From contig CBDDDZ010000005.1 in the NCBI GenBank assembly GCA_965226795.1, positions 2,272,001 to 2,336,000 on the forward strand: a stretch of 64,000 nucleotides of DNA, written 5' to 3'. Position 1 is the stretch's first letter. Every line of letters begins with the position of its first letter. Source of the stretch: Candidatus Latescibacterota bacterium (GTDB taxonomy: Bacteria; Latescibacterota; UBA2968; GCA-2709665). The notes under the pieces were generated by a model. The model did not search any database. It saw only the letters and a program-made list of their open reading frames with translations, and had not been told where the DNA came from. The translations under genes and the position numbers were made by a program. This document shows, piece after piece, positions 51,960 through 61,269 of this stretch.

Positions 51960-52538
51960 TCAGATTTCCCAGTTCGACACATATGATCGGCTCTTGAGTC
52001 GCTCCGCAAGCTCAATCAGTACAGATAACGACTTGTTTAACCTGGCTGTAGTTGCGTCGTCGAGTTCGCCTCCCGCATCCCAATTACCGTCGTGGGCATA
52101 CACATTATACGGGCTGACAATGCACTTGAAATCCAGCATAAGAGACGTTGCCAGCGACGCAAACGCCATATAGCTGTGCGGCAAGCCACCCGAATTGACA
52201 AACATCACTACCTTGTCATAGAAAGCGCCTCTGAGCGATACGCCTGGTGGCGTAGAGCCTATATATTCGACAAATTTCTTGAGCTCGGAGCAACACGCCC
52301 AGTTGTATACTGGACTTGCCAATATTACCGCATCAGATGCCGCAATAATCCTGTGGCACGATTGGTACACCTCGGATGAATAGATCTCGTCGTCGTCGAA
52401 ATTTGGCGGATCAAATTGCCGAAGATCGATGAAATCAACGGAAATGCCCTTGTCCTCCAGGGCGGTCCGACACATGGCAGCAAGCACCCTGCTGTGACTA
52501 TTGGCATTGAGACTGCTGCTGACGACTGAAATCCTCAT
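51960..52538 (-). CDS. NAD(P)H-dependent FMN reductase (flavodoxin-like)
   Basis: SSL...SHS, ASPVYNW...ELK, K..M..NSGG. Confidence 0.88.
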   Translation of the reverse strand: MRISVVSSSLNANSHSRVLAAMCRTALEDKGISVDFIDLRQFDPPNFDDDEIYSSEVYQSCHRIIAASDAVILASPVYNWACCSELKKFVEYIGSTPPGVSLRGAFYDKVVMFVNSGGLPHSYMAFASLATSLMLDFKCIVSPYNVYAHDGNWDAGGELDDATTARLNKSLSVLIELAERLKSRSYVSNWEI

Positions 52539-52575
52539 CTGAAACTTTCTTCCAGATCGGCCCGCTTCGCATGGC

Positions 52576-52671
52576 CTCTAACGTTTTCCGGTTTGCGAAC
52601 CGCGAGCTTGGAGAGGGGTTGCCGCAGGCCAAGGCGCCAAAGGCGCCGCAGCGCAAACCGCGCTGTTATCC
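52576..52671 (-). repeat. attC site (well-paired example)
   Basis: CTCTAAC...CGGTTTGCG-AACC...GGTT-GCCGCAGGC-CAA-GGCGCCAAAGGCGCC-GCAG-CGCAAACCG...GTTATCC. Confidence 0.88.
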
Positions 52672-52685
52672 GACGTGAAAACAAC

Positions 52686-53459
52686 CTATGTGAGTATGTT
52701 TCGAAGCGCACCTAACGACGAAATAATCTGTACGCCATCCATACATGCTGTGCTGGAACCTGGCTCAGTTTCCGAATTCTCGCTGCCAAAATCCCTTGCG
52801 GCCGGCTCGGTGCCCTTGCCTTTCCTATCAATCAGAATTGGAGTCATTCCAATTGCTTTAGCCCCTACGATGTCGTCCTCAATAGAATCGCCAATGAACG
52901 CAACGTCCTCTGCTGCCATTCCAATCTTGTCCAGCGCCAGGGAGAAGATCCCTGGATCGGGTTTTTTTGTACCTACCTCTCCCGATACTACAACAGCATC
53001 GAAATACTGTCTGAGTCCCAGTTGCGCGAGTCGAGTGTGTACATGGGGTGGATGATCGAAATTCGTGATTAGGGCTATTCGATGCGAGCCCCTCAAATCA
53101 TTCAGTAGGCTTTGGGCTTGAGGATCGGGAAAGGTGTGCCGTGACCAAGAGTGTACACTGCTTTCCGAAATATCTGACATCTCTCGCGCTGTAAATTCGA
53201 CTCCAAGCTGTTCTCCCAAAGCCCCAATACGTCGCTCATACGGCGTTAGGCCTTTGGCGCCATCCATAGGTGGTTCCGGTTTGCTGAAAAATCCAGTGCA
53301 GATTGTTCGAAGGCGGCCTTTCTCGACTTTCACCCCAAATTCCTTCAGTGAATCACGGATGGAGTCAAACCACTCTTCCCAAGCCAATTTCATGTCCCCG
53401 TAAACAAGGATCGTACCATAAAGGTCAAAGAAAAGACCACTAAATCTGTGCGTTTTCAT
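52686..53459 (-). CDS. HAD family hydrolase
   Basis: FDLYGT, ITN, KKPDPGIF, FIGDSIEDD. Confidence 0.9.
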   Translation of the reverse strand: MKTHRFSGLFFDLYGTILVYGDMKLAWEEWFDSIRDSLKEFGVKVEKGRLRTICTGFFSKPEPPMDGAKGLTPYERRIGALGEQLGVEFTAREMSDISESSVHSWSRHTFPDPQAQSLLNDLRGSHRIALITNFDHPPHVHTRLAQLGLRQYFDAVVVSGEVGTKKPDPGIFSLALDKIGMAAEDVAFIGDSIEDDIVGAKAIGMTPILIDRKGKGTEPAARDFGSENSETEPGSSTACMDGVQIISSLGALRNILT

Positions 53460-53462
53460 GTT

Positions 53463-53555
53463 GGATAACGTTCTGGCCACTTGCGAATCCGCGCAGCGGG
53501 TTGCCGAATGGCCGAGGGAGCGAACCCGACCGGAGCGAAAGTGGACCTGTTATTC
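53463..53555 (-). repeat. attC site
   Basis: GGATAAC...CCACTTGCG...CGAAAGTGG...GTTATTC. Confidence 0.85.
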
Positions 53556-53603
53556 GGCGTGGTGCTCTACCTGAGCCGGCCTCTTGGTGGGCAGGCTTCT
53601 TCT

Positions 53604-53852
53604 TTATGCAAAAGCTAGATTGTACAGCCTCGCGGCTTGCTCGAAAGCAAGCCTCACGAATTCATCCCTTTCCTTCACCCTCGAATGTTCTGTCAGAACC
53701 TCAAGAGTTACTGGTCCACCGTAGTCGGTGTTGCGGATAAGCCCGCACAGATTCTCCCAGTCAATGAAGCCATCGCCGGGGATGACATGGTCAACATACT
53801 CCCGGACCCGATCTGACAAGTGAAGTGCCAGAAGCCGATCTGACATACGGTA
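53604..53852 (-). pseudogene. 3' fragment of a sugar phosphate isomerase/epimerase, 5' part lost at IS3
   Basis: LHLSD...DH.IPGDG.IDW...Y.GPVTLEV. Confidence 0.75.
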
Positions 53853-53887
53853 TGTGTCAAGTATTTTGAGACAGCGAGCCCAAAAAA

Positions 53888-54910
53888 TCAGAGTAGAATG
53901 TCCGGTGGCAGATCCTCGGTTTTCGGTTTGTTGATCCAAACGGCGTCAGGTAAGTCCGGCGGTGTGGGCAGGCCTCTCACAAACCGTTCCGGATGTGCCG
54001 CGTAGGCCGCTGTCAACACGCGCTGACGATGTGCGTGAACCTTTGGTGCGTGTCCATAGTGTACCGTTGCAGGTGTCATCAATCCCAATCCCGTGTGATG
54101 ATGCTCAAAGTTGTACCACGAAAAGAAGCGGCGTGCCCAGCCTCTGACATCTTCGGGACAGCCAAAGCGATCCGGATAATCCGGTCGATACTTCATCGTT
54201 TTGTATTGCGCCTCTGAATAGGGATTGTCATTGGGCACGTGCGGTCTGGCGTGAGATTTGGTCACGCCCAGATCCGACAGCAACAGGGCGAGACTTTTGG
54301 CGATCATCGGACCGCCGCGGTCTGAATGAATGGTCAACTGCTGCGGATCCACCTCCTGATTTCGGCAACTTTGCTGGATCAATTCTGTAGCCAGGGCAGC
54401 CGACTCTCGCCTGGTCACCATCCAGCCCACGACAAATCGGCTGAAGATGTCCAGCAGCACATATAGATAGAAGTAGGTCCATTTGACCGGTCCTCTCAAT
54501 TTGGTGATATCCCAACTCCACAGTTGGTTGGGACCTTGCGCCAGCAGTTCCGGCTTCTTGTAGGTGGGGTGGGAAAGCTGGTTGCGTCGTTCACGCACCT
54601 GGTCGTTTGCCTCGAGGATACGATACATCGAGCGCCAGGAGCACAGATACGTGCCTTCATCAAGCAACTGTGCCCATACCTGGCGGGGTGCGGCATCCTG
54701 GAACCGTCCGCTGTTGAGTACATCCAGGACGTGTGCGCGTTCCCGCTTCTCCAATGCACGTGACGGCGTCGGTCGCTTTTTGGACAAGCTTTGTCCCGGG
54801 TCTTGCCGTGTCCTTCGGTGGCGGTAAACACTGGATCGAGGTACACCCAACACCTGACAGGCACGGCCTACGCCTACGTCTATGGCCAAATGCTCAGCTG
54901 TCTGTCTCAT
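53888..54910 (-). CDS. IS3 family transposase OrfB (DDE)
   Basis: PNQLWSWDIT, HSDRG, DNPYSEAQYKT.K. Confidence 0.93.
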   Translation of the reverse strand: MRQTAEHLAIDVGVGRACQVLGVPRSSVYRHRRTRQDPGQSLSKKRPTPSRALEKRERAHVLDVLNSGRFQDAAPRQVWAQLLDEGTYLCSWRSMYRILEANDQVRERRNQLSHPTYKKPELLAQGPNQLWSWDITKLRGPVKWTYFYLYVLLDIFSRFVVGWMVTRRESAALATELIQQSCRNQEVDPQQLTIHSDRGGPMIAKSLALLLSDLGVTKSHARPHVPNDNPYSEAQYKTMKYRPDYPDRFGCPEDVRGWARRFFSWYNFEHHHTGLGLMTPATVHYGHAPKVHAHRQRVLTAAYAAHPERFVRGLPTPPDLPDAVWINKPKTEDLPPDILL

Positions 54911-55365
54911 GTGCCGTCGGCCTTCTCGGTATTGTCGTTGCCCAGCCCAAGCAGATCCGAAAGTTTTTTTTGGACGTCGATGATGACTTCGGCTTGCGCC
55001 AGCTTTTTGGCAAGCCGCTCATTTTCAACGCGCAACCGGGCAAGCTCTCTTTCTGACGGATCCGCACCAGGACGGCCACGCTTCTTCGTTCCCAATTCCC
55101 CGGCTTCCCGCTGCCGTCGCCATTGGGCCAGACTGGAAGAATACAACCCTTCACTGCGCAAGAGGGCTCCGATCTGTCCGGGCTGGGTACACGCATCAGC
55201 CTGCTTCAGAATGCGCAGCTTATAGGTCTTGGTGAACCGTCGTCGCTTCGCCTTCAGCACCACCTCAGGATCCGCCACTTGATCCGCGCTGGCTGAAACC
55301 GACGGCTCCACTCCCGCTGCTTTCGCCCCGTTTTGGGACGACGTCTTTGCTCCTGTATCCATCAT
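54907..55365 (-). CDS. IS3 family transposase OrfA (HTH plus leucine zipper)
   Basis: RRRFT..YKLRIL...GLYSS.L..WR; ATGA overlap with orfB. Confidence 0.9.
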   Translation of the reverse strand: MMDTGAKTSSQNGAKAAGVEPSVSASADQVADPEVVLKAKRRRFTKTYKLRILKQADACTQPGQIGALLRSEGLYSSSLAQWRRQREAGELGTKKRGRPGADPSERELARLRVENERLAKKLAQAEVIIDVQKKLSDLLGLGNDNTEKADGT

Positions 55366-55438
55366 GGCCTCATGCTCCTTTGCCCTCTCAATTGCTCACT
55401 GATTTACGGGGAAACGCTGTCTCACTAATATAGGCACA

Positions 55439-55991
55439 GAGGGTCCGCCATTCCAGGAAGGAGTGCGAACTCACAATGCTTCACACCTGCGTCAGGGCGG
55501 AGTCGATCATGGGTGTATAACAGTCTCATGGCTTCAGCTATTCCAGACTCTTCTAAACCCTCCAAAGTATTACCCACAGGACAGAGAACGAGAGCTCTTT
55601 CCATAGAGAGTCGTGGAAATGGGTAGGTCTCTTTGGCGAATGTGTACTCGTAGGCATAGCCACAGACCCAAACCCGGTCGAACCATCCCTTCAACTTTGC
55701 TGGACAGTCGCTCCACCAAACGGGAAAAACAAAGGCCAGACCGTCTGCCCGGCTGATCTTGCTGTGTTCGACTTCCACGTATGATGGTATGGGGAGGGTG
55801 GATCGATTACCCTGAACGTTCATCTCGCGAGTGTACTCATCCAGATTCATTTCGGATTGGAAATCCATTTCATACAAGTCTCCGATCTCGTATGAATGCC
55901 CTCCGTCCTCGAGTCCTCGACACAATTCGTCTAAAGCCTCCCCGGTAAAGGACCGCCTCGCAGGGTGCGCGAAGACTATATATGCGTGCAT
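55439..55991 (-). pseudogene. NAD(P)H-dependent oxidoreductase (flavodoxin_2), 3' end cut by IS3
   Basis: IVFAHP..SF, DLY, FPVWW.DCPA.LKGWFDRVW. Confidence 0.82.
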
Positions 55992-56057
55992 AAAAAGATC
56001 TCCTTTAGGAGCGTAAATGAACACGCCGTGCGTGTTTTCTAACTTAGGCCCGGTGAC

Positions 56058-56161
56058 GTGTAACGTTTCGGCCACTTGCGAACCCACCGAGCGCGGCGAA
56101 GGGGGTTGCCCCTCAGGGCAATGGCACGAACGCGCTCGCAGCGCAAACCGTCCCGTTAACT
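56058..56161 (-). repeat. attC site
   Basis: GTGTAAC...CCACTTGCGAACCC...GGGTTGCC...GCAGCGCAAACCG...GTTAACT. Confidence 0.85.
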
Positions 56162-56199
56162 GACGTCACCCCCTTAAGGCTAAACAGACCAGCAGCCGG

Positions 56200-57651
56200 T
56201 TAGACCCTGGACGCGGAAGTCTTAGGCGTCGCGTCGATTAGGATGATGTCAGGGTGTCCCGTAAGTCCCAACTCCTTGAGGATGCCTTCAACTCGAGCAA
56301 GCTCCTTATTGCTGAAGTGGACGATTACCCTTAAGCCCGCCTGGGCGTCGCTGGCCTTCTGATAGATCGCGGCTTGCTTCTCAAGGTTCTGTTTGAGGTT
56401 TGTGTTCTTCGCGAGCTTGAATTCGATTACCGTCTTGTCCCAACGACCGCGGGAGACCTTGAAATCCGCAGGACCACGCCCATCGTCGACTTCATGGCTA
56501 ACGTCCGAAGGCGTGCCAAACCATGTCAGTCGGAACAAGATGTGAACATCTGTTTCCCGCCGAACTGGTTGATCGTTCACGTAGAAGAAGCGCCACCCAC
56601 CCTTGTTCTCGATGTTGTCTTTGAGGTACTCGACGCGTTGCCTAGCCTCCTCCTTGGTGTCCCCTGGCGTTGCGTAGAACCCCACTTTCTCAAGCATGGA
56701 GACGAATTTGGCCAGTTGTTCCACGAACAGGCTGTGCGTTTCAGCAACTCGCTGGTCGCTGATGGCCCGTGCCTGATCCCCACGGTCCTCCTTATAGCGG
56801 ATATAGTGTTCAATGAACTGCGGGTAGTTACGGATGGCTTTGAGAATTGCCTTGTGCCGGTCCTGTCTGGTGGGCTCTTTGGGCAAGACCTGAAAAATAT
56901 AGTTGTTTAGCTGATCGCGGAGTTGCTCGTTGGGAAGGGAGTTCAGGACTGCATCAAAGTCGCCATACAGACCATGCTTGTTGATCCACCCGTCGTCCTT
57001 TGTGAGGATGTCCTTCGGCGTAAGGAGCACGAAGTCGTCTCCGAGCGAAGGCAACTCGTACCTCTCGGATCTCCACGTTTGGGTCCGGTAGTTGAACTTG
57101 ACCTTGGGAACGGTGAACACGTCGCGTAGAGTGGGATCAATGTGCTGCAGAGCGAAGGTCTGCGTGTAGTTGAGTAGGAAGTGTTTTATCAGGTTGGTGG
57201 TGAAGTCGCTGATGTTATCTCGCCCGACGCCACTCTCGATCAGACAGAGCTTTTCCAGATGGCTTCCGCGCGTGACCTGCTCATCACCGAAGTTTGAGAA
57301 CACCGACGCCAGATTAGCCCGCATCGCCTTCGCAAACTTCATCCCTAAACCGGAACCCTCGTTGCCCACTAACGAGTACCCGAGCCAGTTTTGCTTTACC
57401 TCAGGAAATTTGTACCAAGCCTCAAGCAGCCCAGGCCGGATGGCGTCCCGGTCAGATTTGTCACGTAGGAACTTGAGGTATCGGATCATCTCCGAGTGAA
57501 GACCTTGGTACTCGGGTTTCTCCGAATTGAAGAGGAGAAACGGGTCCACAAAGAGAGGCAGGTCATTTATGAGGGAGATGTTGAAGGCTCCACACGCATT
57601 CAGTTCGTCAGGGTCGACTCGGAAGAAGTCCGTGAAGTGGACGTTGATCAT
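56200..57651 (-). CDS. 483-aa protein with a C-terminal PD-(D/E)xK nuclease-like domain; putative defence cassette
   Basis: N-term DLPLFVDPFLL; C-term E.D.GRG.ADF...IEFKLA. Confidence 0.65.
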   Translation of the reverse strand: MINVHFTDFFRVDPDELNACGAFNISLINDLPLFVDPFLLFNSEKPEYQGLHSEMIRYLKFLRDKSDRDAIRPGLLEAWYKFPEVKQNWLGYSLVGNEGSGLGMKFAKAMRANLASVFSNFGDEQVTRGSHLEKLCLIESGVGRDNISDFTTNLIKHFLLNYTQTFALQHIDPTLRDVFTVPKVKFNYRTQTWRSERYELPSLGDDFVLLTPKDILTKDDGWINKHGLYGDFDAVLNSLPNEQLRDQLNNYIFQVLPKEPTRQDRHKAILKAIRNYPQFIEHYIRYKEDRGDQARAISDQRVAETHSLFVEQLAKFVSMLEKVGFYATPGDTKEEARQRVEYLKDNIENKGGWRFFYVNDQPVRRETDVHILFRLTWFGTPSDVSHEVDDGRGPADFKVSRGRWDKTVIEFKLAKNTNLKQNLEKQAAIYQKASDAQAGLRVIVHFSNKELARVEGILKELGLTGHPDIILIDATPKTSASRV

Positions 57652-57712
57652 TTTGCTCTCTCCTTCAGGGGGCGTCTAACTTGCGGGTCGTCGCTCTTGT
57701 TCCCGCGATGAC

Positions 57713-57799
57713 AGTAAACGGTCAGGCACCCACGAACCTGCCACAGGCAGGTTGGGCGTAGGCGCGAACGCGGGGAAGCCGTGGGTGAGCGTGTTATGT
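57713..57799 (-). repeat. attC site
   Basis: AGTAAAC...CACCCACG-AACCTGCC.CAGGCAGGTT...GAAGC-CGTGGGTG...GTTATGT. Confidence 0.82.
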
Positions 57800-57820
57800 G
57801 CCGGCCAGATTGGGGGTCTT

Positions 57821-58531
57821 TCAATCTAAGTTCAGTTTTTTTCCGACCTCATCAGCGACTTTGATCATGTAACTCGCAGCCCATGAAGACCACCTGTTAA
57901 AGCGGGGCGGGGCCAGACTGTCGATGACGGTGATCCAACATGAGTATTCTTCTCCGGCTGCCTCCACGAAGCTCACGTGGTCGGGCGTCTCCGATGGCAT
58001 CGGCAACTTGCCGTCTTCAATGGACATTTCAAGCTCCTGTAAGACCGATTGGAGTTTGTCACGAGTACCCTTGCCGTGAGCAATTAAGACACGAGGTTGT
58101 ATCCATTTCATCAACACCTTGAAGATCGCGCTACCGCGTTCTCGGCCCCCCTTGTGACGAACCGATGAAAGGTCGGAACTCATAGGCGAAGAGTAGCATA
58201 TCACATTGGTCTCAAGAATGTTGCGGATTCCTCTATCCTCAAGTTGCCCAGCCAGTAGGTCGGTGTTCCTGCGTGTCGGCGATGGCTTCCCCTCCGTCAT
58301 CTCATTGTAGAGCCTTCGACAGCCTTCTCGCCCTCGGTTGAAATGCGCGTTCACGTGTCGTTCGTGTGAGCGCACCTTGTCCACCAAGTATCCATTTCTC
58401 TGGTTCTTCCCAACGATGAAGACATTTGCGTTCAAAGGGTCTTTCAGTTTAGTCATCCAAGGCCGCGGAAACTGCCCGTTAACAGGTTTGGTTAGATCTC
58501 GAATCAGTTCCTCGAATTCGGCCTCCGACAT
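57821..58531 (-). CDS. hypothetical protein, possible uracil-DNA glycosylase-like fold
   Basis: VFIVGKN, ETNVICY, QPRVLIAHGK resemble UDG-superfamily motifs. Confidence 0.55.
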   Translation of the reverse strand: MSEAEFEELIRDLTKPVNGQFPRPWMTKLKDPLNANVFIVGKNQRNGYLVDKVRSHERHVNAHFNRGREGCRRLYNEMTEGKPSPTRRNTDLLAGQLEDRGIRNILETNVICYSSPMSSDLSSVRHKGGRERGSAIFKVLMKWIQPRVLIAHGKGTRDKLQSVLQELEMSIEDGKLPMPSETPDHVSFVEAAGEEYSCWITVIDSLAPPRFNRWSSWAASYMIKVADEVGKKLNLD

Positions 58532-58576
58532 TGGGATATCCCTCCAAGTAGGTAAGCAAGCAAAGGCCCGGCTGGC

Positions 58577-58658
58577 ACAAAACGTCCTCGCCGTGTCCGA
58601 GCCGCGGAAGTGGTTGCGCGAAGGGCGTAGCCCGAAGCCGGGCACGGGCGTGTTAGGC
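58577..58658 (-). repeat. attC site
   Basis: ACAAAAC...CCGTGTCCG...GGGCGTAGCCC-GAAGC-CGGGCACGG...GTTAGGC. Confidence 0.82.
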
Positions 58659-58919
58659 GTCCGCCCATGGTCGCAATGAGCCAGGTGGATCTGCCGCGTA
58701 CAGATGCCAATTTGAGAGCCAACGCTGTACGTCGAGTTGTTGATCCCGGAACACGATGACGTCAATATCATCGTGGTCCCTGACGCGCTTTCCCACGAAC
58801 TGTTCAACCGCATAGCCACCCGCGAGTCCCCACAGGAAAGGAGCGTTGGCGAACAATTGCGTCAATTCCTGGACTGACAAGGGTTGCCATTGGCTGAAGG
58901 GAATCTCAGGAGTGGTCAT
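58653..58919 (-). pseudogene. truncated nucleotidyltransferase (ANT(2'')/Lnu-like N-terminus)
   Basis: W.LAGGYA...G...R.HDDIDV; only 88 aa; stop codon lies in the attC core. Confidence 0.7.
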
Positions 58920-58949
58920 ACAGTTCGCATTCTGCGCTTAAACGATGTC

Positions 58950-59035
58950 CGCTAACGGCCCGGCCTCCGCCCAACCTGGCGAAGCCAGGTTGGGCGGAGG
59001 CCGGATGGCCGGAGCCGTGGGTGCTCGTGTTATGC
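58950..59035 (-). repeat. attC site with a perfect 21-bp hairpin
   Basis: CGCTAAC...CCGGCCTCCGCCCAACCTGGC-GAA-GCCAGGTTGGGCGGAGGCCGG...GTTATGC. Confidence 0.8.
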
Positions 59036-60060
59036 GAAGGTGAGTTCGCTGGATACGCAATCCGGCTCGTTCGAGACCACCTCGGCCCATATGGATGCTG
59101 TTTGATCCAGTGACAACTTGAGTTGAGACTTGTGTAGATCCTCGTTGAGGAGCCACGAACCAGTTTCACCAGTACGAACTGCATACCACGTATAGGCATA
59201 CAGGACATCGCGTTTGTCATCGAGCTCCGTGATCTCCTCGCCCACGGCCAGGCGGGATGGATACGATGTGATGTGCCGCTCCACAACATTAGCGGGAGCC
59301 TTCGCGTACCTTGCTTCTACCTCATCCGCCGTAAGAGAGAACAGACGAATGAGACGATTCGCAATTCCTTCTTCCTGGTGCTCGTGAGCCAGAACGCAAA
59401 AACGAGTGAAAACCCTTCCAAAGGACCGATCTCCATGCCCCCACCTTTCCTTCAGATATGGGATTATAACACGCGCGAGTTCCTGTATAGAGATCCCTGC
59501 CTCAATCAGACGACCTGCCTGCAGATGTGACTTCACTCGATGGGCGGAGACTGGTTACACGTCTGACTCGCTCGATTTGGCGTGCCCGGACAACCGTTGG
59601 GTCAAATCGACCATCGGAAAGTAGCACAACAAATGCAGGAGTATCGCAATCCTCAGACGCGTGAACTGATTGACCGAGGTGGCTCTTGTCGGTCGCATGG
59701 AAAATCCTCTCACTGGCCATCAGCTTATCCAAGTGACGCTTGCCTTTGATCAAGTCGTCTGCCTCATCGGCTGTAAAATGGAGTCGGCCTGCGTCAACAG
59801 ACGTCGGCCACGTGTCCCGAGCCCACTCCCTTGTGATGGACAACGCAAGCTCGTCAACTCTTTTTGGGAGACTGTTGTCCGTCCCCCTGGTAGTAATGTA
59901 GATGAGGTCTATATCTGATATAGGCCACGCCATTCCTCGCCCAATGCTACCCCCAAGAATCACACCCGCAACGCCAGGAACAGACGCGATCCGTTCGATG
60001 GCTTCAACGGTTCGCTCCTGCAGAATGAGTTCCCAGTTTTCCAGGTGCGCATGGAAGAGA
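59030..60060 (-). pseudogene. nucleotidyltransferase-domain protein, probably frameshifted (ORFs 59502-60110 and 59030-59536)
   Basis: GVILGGSIGRG....SDIDL (pol-beta NTase motif); both ORFs lie within one cassette. Confidence 0.6.
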
Positions 60061-60089
60061 TCCGCTCTAAACAAATCGAACTCACTTTC

Positions 60090-60214
60090 GCATAACGGTG
60101 ATGGCCCCAAAGGAGCCGTGCATCAAACAAGAAATCAGTGTTTTTACAGTCAGCCAACTCTTCGCTCACGGCTCTTTTGGTCGAGCGAGGCGAGCCGGGG
60201 GCCATGTGTTACAC
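60090..60214 (-). repeat. attC site
   Basis: GCATAAC..ATGGCCCC-AAAGGAGCCGTG...CACGGCTCTTT...GGGGCCAT-GTGTTACAC. Confidence 0.8.
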
Positions 60215-60343
60215 GATTGCGGCGCGCCCCCTTCAGGCCAAGCCCTAAGAGTGCTGGAACACAATGCACGTCCGAAAGGTTTTTGGCTCTCTGCCCGTTG
60301 TGCCTCTGGAATGGCTCTCAGTCATTTGGCGTTGCGCTGCTCT

Positions 60344-61088
60344 CTATCGAATCTTGCAGGTGACCACTTGCTTGCTCGCGTTACCGGAGAATGCCGCGCC
60401 GTCGAAGTTCCCAACTCGGGATTCAATGAGAAATCCATTGTAGTGAAGTAGAGCTTCAAGCTCGGCGGGGAACAGCATTCTTAATCGCAACTCATGCCGA
60501 GAGACCTCTTGGTCGGCTTCGTCGAGAATCCGGTACGTGCCTGCACTTACCTGAAGCGCACGGTCGTACCGCCCCTGTAATTCAATGCGGAGCCGATAAC
60601 CTGTTCGTGGATCTGAGATGGTCTTGACCGGGGACCACCTGTCAGGATCGAGACTGTGCCATGACAGGCTCGGGTTGAACACATCAAACGCGAAACATCC
60701 GCCTTCCGCCAGAGACTCCCGCACGCACCCAAGCGCGCGCTCCATGTCATCGCGAGTGTGCAGATGGAGGAGCGGAGTTGTTGGCTACGAAAATGAGCCT
60801 CTGTGGTATGGGCGGCCGATATGAACGGAAGTCGTCTTCAACCCAGGCAATTGTCAGACCTTCCTCCGCAGCCTTCTTCTTTGCCGTTTCGAGCATCGAA
60901 CGTGACAGGTCCGCAGCGGTTACCGAAAACCCGTGCTTCGCTGGCGGTATCGCTATCCGACCGGTGCCCGCGCCAAGTTCGAGAACAGGTCCAGGGTGCT
61001 GCGCAGCAAGAGCCAAGTAGAACTCGATGCCGTCATCGTGACCAAACAAGGCGTCGTAGAGGAAACCGTCGTCGTAGATCGTAGACAC
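60344..61088 (-). pseudogene. class I SAM-dependent methyltransferase, frameshifted
   Basis: N-part GPVLELGAGTGRIA; C-part FAFDVFNP...LR..FP.ELEALLHYNGF. Confidence 0.82.
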
Positions 61089-61189
61089 GCTGACACGTCG
61101 TTGGAAGGGACTTGCTTTGGATAGGTTGGCTGCTGGTTTTGTGCACGATTCTCCGAGGTTGGGTGGTTGGGCAATCCATCGCTACTTGC

Positions 61190-61259
61190 GTGCAACATTC
61201 TCGTCTTGCGCGAACTGTCGCAGGCCGTCAGATCTTAACCGCAAGCGGACGTGTTAGGC
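61190..61259 (-). repeat. attC site (short)
   Basis: GTGCAAC...CTTGCG...CGCAAG...GTGTTAGGC. Confidence 0.75.
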
Positions 61260-61269
61260 GATTGCCGCA

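Larger units (their letters stand above)
53853..55438 (-). mobile_element. IS3 family insertion sequence without a target duplication
   Basis: IRs TGTGTCAAGTATTTTGAGACAGCG / reverse complement TGTGCCTATATTAGTGAGACAGCG; flanks unrelated. Confidence 0.9.
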
